A stretch of 8,736 nucleotides of DNA from a virus (Duplodnaviria > Heunggongvirae > Uroviricota > Caudoviricetes), in the IMG/VR virus record IMGVR_UViG_2778261227_000012; one strand, 5' to 3'. The notes under the pieces are model-generated. The model was not told the origin of the DNA and ran no database searches. It saw only the letters and a program-made list of their open reading frames with translations. The position numbers were made by a program, and so were the translations under genes. Positions within the stretch are counted from its first letter, which is position 1. Each line of letters starts with the position of its first letter. Of the stretch, positions 1 through 6,852 are shown piece after piece.

Positions 1-29
1 GTACTTTCACCGCCTGATTTCATTACTGC

Positions 30-51
30 AAATGCCCCTGCGGGGGCATTT
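30..51 (+). terminator. Candidate stem-loop (9-bp perfect inverted repeat AAATGCCCC/GGGGCATTT, 4-nt loop) followed by a weak T-rich tract; possible terminator of an upstream gene outside the window
   Basis: Inverted repeat read directly at 30-38 and 43-51; the T-tract is short (TTTAT), so the terminator call is weak. Confidence 0.3.
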
Positions 52-145
52 ATGGAAACGTAATTAACTCAATAATCACCGGATGGTGAGAGCTTCCTTT
101 TAGCAGAATTCAGCGCGGTGCAGCGCATATAAAGTGGAGAACGAA

Positions 146-682
146 ATGTCATTTATTAAAACTTTTTCCGGGAAGCATTTTTATTATGACAAGATAAATA
201 AAGACGACATCGTGATTAACGATATCGCAGTTTCCCTTTCAAATATCTGTCGCTTTGCAGGACATCTTTCACACTTCTACAGCGTCGCCCAGCATGCGGT
301 GCTTTGCAGCCAGCTGGTACCGCAGGAATTTGCTTTTGAAGCGTTAATGCATGATGCAACAGAAGCATATTGCCAGGACATCCCCGCTCCACTGAAACGC
401 CTTCTTCCTGACTATAAACGGATGGAAGAAAAAATAGATGCCGTAATCCGTGAGAAATACGGGTTACCCCAGGTTATGAGCACGCCTGTGAAATATGCCG
501 ATCTCATCATGCTGGCAACCGAACGCCGCGATCTCGGGCTTGATGATGGCTCTTTCTGGCCTGTACTGGAAGGCATCCCGGCAACAGAGATGTTCAACGT
601 GATTCCACTGGCACCGGGCCATGCCTACGGGATGTTTATGGAACGTTTTAACGAGTTATCGGAGTTACGCAAATGCGCATGA
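146..682 (+). CDS. HD-domain metal-dependent phosphohydrolase (YfdR-like 5'-deoxynucleotidase family), prophage early-region gene
   Basis: ORF track 134..682; I place the start at ATG 146 (GGAGA 6 nt upstream) rather than GTG 134. Product contains an H...HD motif (AGHLSH...LMHDATEAY) typical of the HD phosphohydrolase superfamily. Named by motif and recollection, not by search. Confidence 0.6.
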   Translation: MSFIKTFSGKHFYYDKINKDDIVINDIAVSLSNICRFAGHLSHFYSVAQHAVLCSQLVPQEFAFEALMHDATEAYCQDIPAPLKRLLPDYKRMEEKIDAVIREKYGLPQVMSTPVKYADLIMLATERRDLGLDDGSFWPVLEGIPATEMFNVIPLAPGHAYGMFMERFNELSELRKCA

Positions 683-1035
683 ATGTTTTCGAAATGGAAG
701 GGTTTCTTCGTGGGAGATGTGTACCGCGAGATCTGAAAGTGAATGAAACAGATGCTGAATACCTGGTACGTAAATTCGATGCGCTTGAAGCTAAATGTGC
801 AGCACTGGAAAACAAAGTAATACCAGTGTCAGCTGAACTGCCGCCAGCAAATGAAAGTGTTCTGTTATTTGATGCTAATGGAGAAGGCTGGCTGATTGGC
901 TGGCGTTCTCTCTGGTACACATGGGGGCAAAAAGAAACCGGAGAATGGCAGTGGACATTTCAGGTCGGGGACCTTGAAAACGTCAATATCACTCACTGGG
1001 CAGTAATGCCGAAAGCACCAGAGACTAAGAAATGA
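673..1035 (+). CDS. Hypothetical prophage protein (YfdS-like, 120 aa), Trp-rich C-terminus
   Basis: ORF with GGAG 8 nt upstream of ATG 673; overlaps the stop of the preceding gene by 10 nt (translational coupling); no recognisable catalytic motif. Confidence 0.45.
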   Translation: MRMNVFEMEGFLRGRCVPRDLKVNETDAEYLVRKFDALEAKCAALENKVIPVSAELPPANESVLLFDANGEGWLIGWRSLWYTWGQKETGEWQWTFQVGDLENVNITHWAVMPKAPETKK

Positions 1036-1247
1036 GCGTGATAAAAACTCATACAGGAATTGTTATCACCCGAGACGGTGAAAAGCGGATGAAATTACAT
1101 TCCACTGAAACGTCCTGGGTTGCCGGACGTTGTGAATCCTACGACAAAAAGACTGGTTACCGTTGGGGTGCACCTAACATGCGTCGCCGTCTGCTACTGG
1201 ACAGCATCAGGCCAATAAAACAGGTAGCAACCAGGGAACAAAATTAA
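1032..1247 (+). CDS. Small hypothetical prophage protein (71 aa)
   Basis: ATGA start/stop overlap with the upstream ORF (1032-1035) suggests coupling in the same operon; basic small protein, function unknown. Confidence 0.35.
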   Translation: MSVIKTHTGIVITRDGEKRMKLHSTETSWVAGRCESYDKKTGYRWGAPNMRRRLLLDSIRPIKQVATREQN

Positions 1248-1294
1248 TTATCAGGACTGGAATTTGATATTACTGCCCGTGTGCAGCGGGCTAA

Positions 1295-1513
1295 GTGGAG
1301 AAACATATGCTGAACCTCGATTGTGTTCCAATCTCAACTTATTGCAAAGAAACTGGCGAAACTCCTGAAGCAATAAACAAACGTGTACAGCGCGGTGTTT
1401 GGCGTGAAGGTGTTCAGGTTTTAAAGGTTGAAGGCGTTAAGGAGAGGTGGATTGATCTTAGTGAGGTTGCAAAATGGGCCAGACAAAACTGCTCAAACTA
1501 CCGCGCGGCGTAA
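1295..1513 (+). CDS. Excisionase-like / small DNA-binding recombination directionality factor candidate
   Basis: 72-aa ORF immediately upstream of and overlapping the integrase start (ATG 1474) by 40 nt, the typical xis-int arrangement; GGAG 8 nt upstream of ATG 1295; basic, Trp-containing pattern (RVQRGVWREG...ERWIDLSEVAKW) resembles Xis/AlpA-type winged-helix proteins. Assignment by context and pattern only. Confidence 0.45.
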   Translation: MEKHMLNLDCVPISTYCKETGETPEAINKRVQRGVWREGVQVLKVEGVKERWIDLSEVAKWARQNCSNYRAA

Positions 1514-2640
1514 CAATCAGGAAACACCGCTAGGGCGAAACGATCAATATAACTTTCACCTACAAAGGAGTTAAATGTCGTGAGCCTCTTTCCAATCTGG
1601 AAGTAACACCAAAGAACATTAAATACGCCGAGCGTACACTCGGCGAAATCCATAATAAGATCGAAAGGGGAACATTCATTTATGCAGAATATTTTCCCCG
1701 TTCTGCTCGTTTGAAAATTTTTGGTAATGCTGCTGCAGGCAAAACGGTAAAGATGTACCTGGACGAATATCTTGAAATCTGCGAAACAAGAAAACTTTCA
1801 CCCTCTACGATTGGTGGCTATAAAAAATGCCGTAGTGCGTTAGCCTCACTTCACATTTGCCCTGCAAGTGAATTAACACCAGCAATCCTGAAAGCGTGGA
1901 TTCAAAGCCAGAAAACGACCTTAAAAACAATTCGCAACCAGTTATCTTTCCTGCGGTCAGCACTTGATGAAGCCGTAACCGATGGGGTACTTCAAATTAA
2001 CCCCGTATCGTTGGTAACTGCTTCGCGCTACCAAAGTGATAAGTCAGAAGCAGAAAGCAGCTATGTGGTTGATCCGCTATCACCAGCAGAAGTTGATGCA
2101 TTACTAGCAGCAGCCGGAAACAAACAATGGGAAAATCTGTTCCGGTTCGCCATACATACAGGCCTGCGTAGTTCTGAATTATGTGCCCTACGATGGCATG
2201 ATATCGACTTTGTTGGAAAAACAGCCCATGTTCAGAGCGCAAGTGTTGTCGGAGTTATCAAAGGAACAAAGACAAAAGCCGGTACCCGTAAAGTTGAACT
2301 GACTGAAGAAGCAATGTTGGCGTTGATAAACCAGAAGCCATTTACATTCATGAAGGATGCTACTGTCTTTGAAGATCCAAAGACCAATAAACCCTGGGCA
2401 AGTGCTGATGCAATTAGGAAAAAAGCATGGGTGCCAACATTGCGAAAAGCAGGTATTCGTTACAGAAACCCATATCAAACCAGGCATACATTCGCCACCA
2501 GACATATCAGCCGGGGAGCAAACCTGTTTTGGCTTGCAGCTCAAATGGGGCATAAAGGGCCTGAGATGCTTTTCAGGCACTATGGCTCATATCTGAAGGA
2601 ATATGATGGACAAACAAGCTTGAAGAAGATAACAATATAA
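1474..2640 (+). pseudogene. Tyrosine recombinase (phage integrase with N-terminal arm-DNA-binding domain) interrupted by an in-frame amber codon TAG at 1531-1533 (codon 20)
   Basis: Frame 1 from ATG 1474 reads MGQTKLLKLPRGVTIRKHR-TAG-GETINITFTYKGVKCREPLSNLEVTPKNIKYAERTLGEIHNKIERGTFIYAEYFPRSAR..., the conserved N-terminal pattern of this integrase family (KLPxGVxIR...I.I.F.Y.G.RCRE.L...N.K.AE.....I..G.F.Y...FP.S), continuous across the stop. Downstream catalytic region looks intact (LRSSELCALRWHDIDF; RHTFATRH; MGHK; RHYGSYL with Tyr). The ORF-track start at 1711 is a TTG with no upstream ATG/GTG in frame. Confidence 0.6.
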
Positions 2641-2657
2641 TCCAAGCATGAAACTAT

Positions 2658-2676
2658 TGGCCACAATTTGTGGCCA
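2658..2676. promoter_or_regulatory. Perfect 9-bp inverted repeat TGGCCACAA-T-TTGTGGCCA followed by TTTT; candidate operator or weak terminator between the integrase and the ATPase gene
   Basis: Read directly; lies 18 nt after the integrase stop and 23 nt before ATG 2699; the 9-mer TGGCCACAA recurs at 4457-4465. Confidence 0.4.
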
Positions 2677-2698
2677 TTTTACGGAGCAAGATAGAAAC

Positions 2699-4432
2699 AT
2701 GGCAAATCAAATTACCAAACTAAAAAATATAAATGTTGTGAAGTTTCGCGGACTGAAAAATATAAACATCGAGTTTGGTTCTCGCCTAACTGTTATTTGT
2801 GGTAAAAATGGCACATCTAAATCCACAATTCTTGGCATTATCGCCCAAATATTTAGCTTTACAAAGGACTTTACCAAAAACCCTGAGACTGATTTAACAC
2901 AATATAAAACATTAACAAATGGCAGCTTCAAGTCAGCTTTCAGCGAACATTTTAGGCTTTCAGAACAATTTGATGTTCCTGGTTCAATGGACGTCAAAAT
3001 TAGTGTCTATGATGGTGCATCGAACAAACATCTTGAAAAACTAACATTAGGTTTATACAGCTACAGTGACAGAGATAAATCAAGGCCTGTAGTCAGGGGA
3101 AATGATTCAATACCGGAAAAAAACCAAAGTAGAAACGTTACTCATCCTGTTATTTTTTTAAGCTTAGCACGACTTCTTCCTATTACATTAAGGACTGATT
3201 ACTCAACACGGGATGTTCAGTACATCAATGAAAATTCTGATGAAATCAGAATGATGAGTAACCAACTCTTACTAAAAAACAATGGAAGCTCAGTAACAGC
3301 AACAAAAGGTACTATCGATTCAATGGTTGTCCATGGTGACAATTATGATCACCAATCAGTATCTGTTGGTGAAGATAATGTTGGACAATTAATCCAAGCA
3401 ATTTTTTCATTTAAAAGATTGAAGGAAACTTATTCTGATTATCATGGCGGAATATTGTTAATTGATGAAGCCGATGCAGGTCTTTTCCCTGCTGCACAGT
3501 TAGAGCTAATTAATATTCTAACTAAAGCAGCAAAACAATACGATCTGCAAATAATCATGACCTCGCACTCTCCATTAATAATAGAGGATATCTATAATCG
3601 TTCAAAACAAGATAGTGATAGCTTTAAAACAATATATCTTACAGACACATATGGAGATATTAAAACAAAGAATAATCTTTCATGGACAGATATCCACGCT
3701 GATTTACATGTTGAAACTGTAAAAATTAATGATGACATTTGTCTTCCAAAGGCAAATGTATATTTTGAAGACAAAGAAGGTTTCGACTTTTTCAAACAAT
3801 TGATAACAGATCGAAAAATAAATAAAATATTAAATCCATTAGGGAATATAAATATTAGCTGCTCTGCCATGCTTGACTTAATGGCAAGAAAAATACCAGA
3901 ATTTACAGCTAAAAGCTTGATCGTCTTAGACGGTGATGTTGTTCACGACAATAGTGCTAATGCAAAAAAAGCCAAAAAAGAAAAAAACTTATGTTTGCTT
4001 CCAAGCACCTTACCTCCAGACCAAATGATTTTTGAGTTTTTATATAATTTACCACCTGATGATGCATATTGGGAAAATAAAAATAAATTTACAAAAGCTG
4101 TTTTTATGAAAACAGCTAAAGACATAATTGCAACGCTAAAGATTGGTAACGCTCCGATTGATTTAAAAATCCTTATAGATAATTATAAAAAAGTTAACAA
4201 AAACCATGGCGGGATAGTTAGAAAACTGTTTAAAGATTTTGCACATACGACTCAATTTCAGGCCCAAGTAAAAGGGCGAGTTAAAGATAACCCATATCGA
4301 TATTGGGTCGAGAAAAATCCTGTGCAATCGGATAGCTTCAAGAATGAACTAATAAAGAGTCTTAAAGTTATTATGACAAGTGGACATGGTGTCGATTCTG
4401 CTACCATCTCATCATATCTGTCAGATAACTAA
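2699..4432 (+). CDS. OLD-family (overcoming lysogenization defect-like) nuclease: N-terminal ABC/AAA_21-type ATPase fused to C-terminal TOPRIM-like domain; candidate anti-phage defence protein
   Basis: Walker A LTVICGKNGTSKSTIL; Walker B GGILLIDEADAGLF; H-loop-like IIMTSHSP; C-terminal TOPRIM-like acidic motifs VYFEDKEGFD and SLIVLDGDVV (DxD). Start chosen at ATG 2699 (GGAG 13 nt upstream; N-terminus then matches the usual IxKLxIxNFRGxK lead-in), but ATG 2648 (ORF-track start) cannot be excluded. Gene is visibly AT-rich relative to flanks. Confidence 0.65.
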   Translation: MANQITKLKNINVVKFRGLKNINIEFGSRLTVICGKNGTSKSTILGIIAQIFSFTKDFTKNPETDLTQYKTLTNGSFKSAFSEHFRLSEQFDVPGSMDVKISVYDGASNKHLEKLTLGLYSYSDRDKSRPVVRGNDSIPEKNQSRNVTHPVIFLSLARLLPITLRTDYSTRDVQYINENSDEIRMMSNQLLLKNNGSSVTATKGTIDSMVVHGDNYDHQSVSVGEDNVGQLIQAIFSFKRLKETYSDYHGGILLIDEADAGLFPAAQLELINILTKAAKQYDLQIIMTSHSPLIIEDIYNRSKQDSDSFKTIYLTDTYGDIKTKNNLSWTDIHADLHVETVKINDDICLPKANVYFEDKEGFDFFKQLITDRKINKILNPLGNINISCSAMLDLMARKIPEFTAKSLIVLDGDVVHDNSANAKKAKKEKNLCLLPSTLPPDQMIFEFLYNLPPDDAYWENKNKFTKAVFMKTAKDIIATLKIGNAPIDLKILIDNYKKVNKNHGGIVRKLFKDFAHTTQFQAQVKGRVKDNPYRYWVEKNPVQSDSFKNELIKSLKVIMTSGHGVDSATISSYLSDN

Positions 4433-4440
4433 TTGATTAA

Positions 4441-4479
4441 AAAGGGCTTTATGTGATGGCCACAAAGCCCTTTTTTTGA
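4441..4479 (+). terminator. Rho-independent terminator: 10-bp stem AAAGGGCTTT/AAAGCCCTTT, 13-nt loop, T6 tail
   Basis: Read directly; lies 9 nt after the ATPase stop; the loop contains TGGCCACAA. Confidence 0.6.
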
Positions 4480-4511
4480 TATACTTTAGATCTGACATTT
4501 AGAGGTATCAT

Positions 4512-5411
4512 ATGCGTTTTAACACCCCACTTCGCTATCCTGGCGGTAAAGGCAAGCTTGCAAATTTCATGCTTCGGCTTATTGAAGAAAATAATCTTTC
4601 GCCTATACATTATGCCGAACCATATGCTGGGGGTGCTGGTTTAGCATTGAAACTGTTACATCTAAATGCAGCTGAAAAAATCATCCTTAATGATATTAAT
4701 ATTTCTGTTTATGCTTTTTGGCACAGTGTATTAAATCATGCAGATCAATTATGTTCTTTAATTGAAAGAACTGAAGTTACAATGGATGAATGGTTTAGGC
4801 AGAAAGATATAATTAATAATCCTAAAGACCATGATCTTTTAACAATTGGTTTCTCAACCTTTTTTCTCAATAGAACAAATCGTTCTGGAATATTAAAAGG
4901 TGGAGTAATTGGCGGTAAAAATCAAGAAGGGAAATGGAAGCTTGACGCTCGCTATAATAAGAGTGATTTGATTTCTCGAATCCATAAAATATCAGAAAAT
5001 CGTCACAGAATAGATTTATATAACATGGATGCAATTGATTTCATTAAAAAAATAGTTATTCAATTGCCACAAAACTCATTAACATATTTGGATCCACCTT
5101 ATTACATAAAAGGTAAAGGTTTATATATCAACCATTATAATCATGATGATCATGTTAGGGTTGCAAAAGTCGTACAGAATAATATTAAAACACCTTGGAT
5201 TGTTTCTTACGATAACACTCCTGAGATCCAAGCTATGTATAAGACATCATCATTAGTATATGGAATAAACTACAGTGCTCAAGATCGGTACAAAGGATCT
5301 GAGGTAATGTTCTTCAGTGAACGATTGAAAATCTTTAAAACAGATGATCCAACTAAGGTAAAAGCGCCTGTATTTAAAAGAGGATGTGTTGACGACCACA
5401 TCCAGACATAA
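4512..5411 (+). CDS. Dam-family (D12 class, alpha-type) DNA N6-adenine methyltransferase
   Basis: Motifs in the order of Dam-family enzymes: RYPGGKGKL (Dam WAGGK-like), EPYAGGAG (AdoMet-binding FxGxG), FFLNRTNRSG (Dam LNRxGxNG-like), LTYLDPPYY (catalytic DPPY); AGAGG RBS 7 nt upstream of ATG; AT-rich. Confidence 0.8.
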   Translation: MRFNTPLRYPGGKGKLANFMLRLIEENNLSPIHYAEPYAGGAGLALKLLHLNAAEKIILNDINISVYAFWHSVLNHADQLCSLIERTEVTMDEWFRQKDIINNPKDHDLLTIGFSTFFLNRTNRSGILKGGVIGGKNQEGKWKLDARYNKSDLISRIHKISENRHRIDLYNMDAIDFIKKIVIQLPQNSLTYLDPPYYIKGKGLYINHYNHDDHVRVAKVVQNNIKTPWIVSYDNTPEIQAMYKTSSLVYGINYSAQDRYKGSEVMFFSERLKIFKTDDPTKVKAPVFKRGCVDDHIQT

Positions 5412-5484
5412 AAGGAGCCGCAAAAGATCCGCAGAATAAAATGGTTAGTATTAATCGTTTTATTTCAGCTAATTATAAAAATAC

Positions 5485-5516
5485 GGACTCGGGTTCAACT
5501 CCCGCCAGCTCCACCA
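5485..5516 (+). other. ssrA: 3'-terminal fragment of tmRNA (ssrA): T-arm plus acceptor 3' strand and CCA; attachment-site (att) remnant marking a mobile-element boundary
   Basis: GGACTCGGGTTCAACTCCCGCCAGCTCCACCA: T-loop TTCAACT, 3' acceptor strand CAGCTCC with the U that forms the G3:U70 alanine-identity wobble, discriminator A, CCA. Upstream sequence is AT-rich and not tmRNA-like, so this is a partial copy, not a complete gene. One T-stem position appears unpaired. Confidence 0.7.
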
Positions 5517-5563
5517 AAATTCTCCATCGGTGATTACCAGAGTCATCCGATGAAGTCCTAAGA

Positions 5564-5595
5564 GCCCGCACGGCGCAAGCCCTGCGGGCTTTTTT
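5564..5595 (+). terminator. GC-rich hairpin (GCCCGCA...TGCGGGC) followed by T6; intrinsic terminator downstream of the tmRNA 3' end
   Basis: Read directly; position matches where a native ssrA terminator would sit. Confidence 0.55.
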
Positions 5596-5649
5596 GTGCC
5601 CTCAATTTGTCCCGCGAAGTCCGAAGAAAACTAATTAAATCCGATCCTT

Positions 5650-5703
5650 TTAGGCACCTTGTTAGGCACCTCATAAAGCTTTATTGTTTTTTGAGGTGCC
5701 TAA
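5650..5703. repeat. Three copies of a 10-bp motif (TTAGGCACCT direct x2 at 5650-5659 and 5662-5671; inverted AGGTGCCTAA at 5694-5703) just upstream of the P4-type integrase start; candidate integrase/regulator binding sites
   Basis: Read directly; 19-28 nt upstream of ATG 5722. Confidence 0.35.
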
Positions 5704-5721
5704 AACTATGGAAACCCGGCA

Positions 5722-6777
5722 ATGGCAAGACAAACCAAACCTCTATCCGTTAAAGAAATAGAATCAGCCAAACCCAAGGAGGCGGACTACGTTCTCTATG
5801 ATGGCGATGGCCTTGAGCTACTCATTAAATCCAGCGGGAGTAAAATCTGGCAGTTTCGCTACATTCGCCCTGTCACCAAGAAACGAGCAAAGAAGAGCAT
5901 AGGCTCCTACCCGTCAGTTACCCTTGCCGATGCCAGAAACTACCGTGCAGAGTCCCGCTCACTACTGGCTAAACAGATCGATCCGCAGGAACATCAGCAA
6001 GAACAATTGCGCAGTTCGCTGGAAGCCAAAACCAACACTTTCCAACTCGTAGCTGAACGTTGGTGGAATGTGAAGAAAGCCAGTGTGACAGAGGACTATG
6101 CGGAAGATATCTGGCGCTCTCTTGAAAGAGACGTCTTTCCTGCGATTGGCGACGTTAGCGTTACAGATATTAAAGCTCATACACTGGTTCAGGCCGTACA
6201 ACCGGTTCAGGCCAGAGGAGCACTGGAAACTGTTCGTCGCCTGTGCCAACGTATTAATGAGGTCATGATCTATGCCCAGAACACAGGGCTGATTGATGCT
6301 GTTCCCAGCGTTAATATCGGTAAAGCCTTCGAGAAGCCTCAGAAAAAGAACATGCCCAGCATTCGACCGGATCAGCTACCTCAGTTAATGCAGACGATGC
6401 GAACAGCCAGCATTAGCCTTTCCACACGCTGCCTGTTCATGTGGCAACTTCTTACTATTACCCGCCCTGCCGAAGCGGCTGAAGCTCTCTGGGAAGAGGT
6501 AGACATAGAAGCGCGAGAGTGGAAGATTCCTGCAGCACGCATGAAAATGAACCGCGACCATACTGTTCCATTGTCAGATGAAGCAATTGCGATACTAGAG
6601 ATGATGAAGCCGTTAAGTGGAAATCGAGAATTTATCTTTCCCAGCCGCATCAAGCCAAACCAGCCGATGAACAGTCAGACCGTAAACGCATCGCTAAAAC
6701 GCGCAGGTTTTGGTGGGGTGCTCGTTTCACACGGCCTGCGATCTATCGCCAGTACAGCCCTTAATGAGCAGGGATGA
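5722..6777 (+). pseudogene. P4/CP4-57 (IntA)-type tyrosine integrase, C-terminally truncated (ends ...SHGLRSIASTALNEQG, before the catalytic tyrosine)
   Basis: N-terminus MARQTKPLSVKEIESAKPKEADYVLYDGDGLELLIKSSGSKIWQFRY is the hallmark of P4-family integrases that follow tRNA/tmRNA genes; the H-G-L-R box is present, but the ORF stops before the conserved downstream segment with the second His and active-site Tyr. No other frame continues the homology, so this is truncation or replacement, not a simple frameshift. Confidence 0.6.
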
Positions 6778-6852
6778 TGCGCCGCGCGATAAACGTACCT
6801 ATTTCCGTGAGATAAATTACATCGCCGCGGCATTTCAATATCAGAAAAAGAA

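Noticed and set aside
412-920. Minus-strand ORFs 412..597 and 648..920
   Set aside because: Antisense to, and fully overlapping, the HD-domain and YfdS-like genes; low-complexity Ser/Arg-rich products; no start context.
1264-1285. GC-rich hairpin GCCCG...CGGGC upstream of the excisionase-like gene as a terminator
   Set aside because: Short 5-bp stem with no following T-tract; more likely incidental or part of a promoter/operator region.
1997-2596. ORFs 1997..2242 (-), 2188..2580 (-) and 2357..2596 (+) inside the integrase gene
   Set aside because: Embedded in or antisense to the integrase coding region; Cys/Phe-rich low-complexity products typical of out-of-frame reading.
1711-2640. ORF-track model of the integrase starting at 1711
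   Set aside because: The codon at 1711 is TTG with no convincing RBS, and the reading frame with clear integrase N-terminal homology continues upstream to ATG 1474, broken only by one TAG; the short model is an artefact of that stop.
2648-2698. Upstream ATG at 2648 as the ATPase start
   Set aside because: It would place the perfect palindrome inside the coding region and lacks an obvious RBS; ATG 2699 has GGAG upstream and yields a family-typical N-terminus. Not fully excluded.
2707-4125. Minus-strand ORFs 2707..2997, 3592..3870 and 3943..4125
   Set aside because: Antisense to the AT-rich ATPase gene, where long spurious ORFs arise easily; no motifs.
5440-5516. A complete tRNA or tmRNA gene ending at 5516
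   Set aside because: Only the last ~32 nt are tRNA-like; upstream sequence is AT-rich with no D-arm, anticodon arm or tmRNA body, so this is an att-site partial copy.
5708-5721. ATG at 5708 as an alternative start for the P4-type integrase
   Set aside because: Out of frame with the integrase ORF; the conserved N-terminus begins at ATG 5722.
5962-6653. Minus-strand ORFs 5962..6249 and 6381..6653
   Set aside because: Antisense to the P4-type integrase gene; no support.
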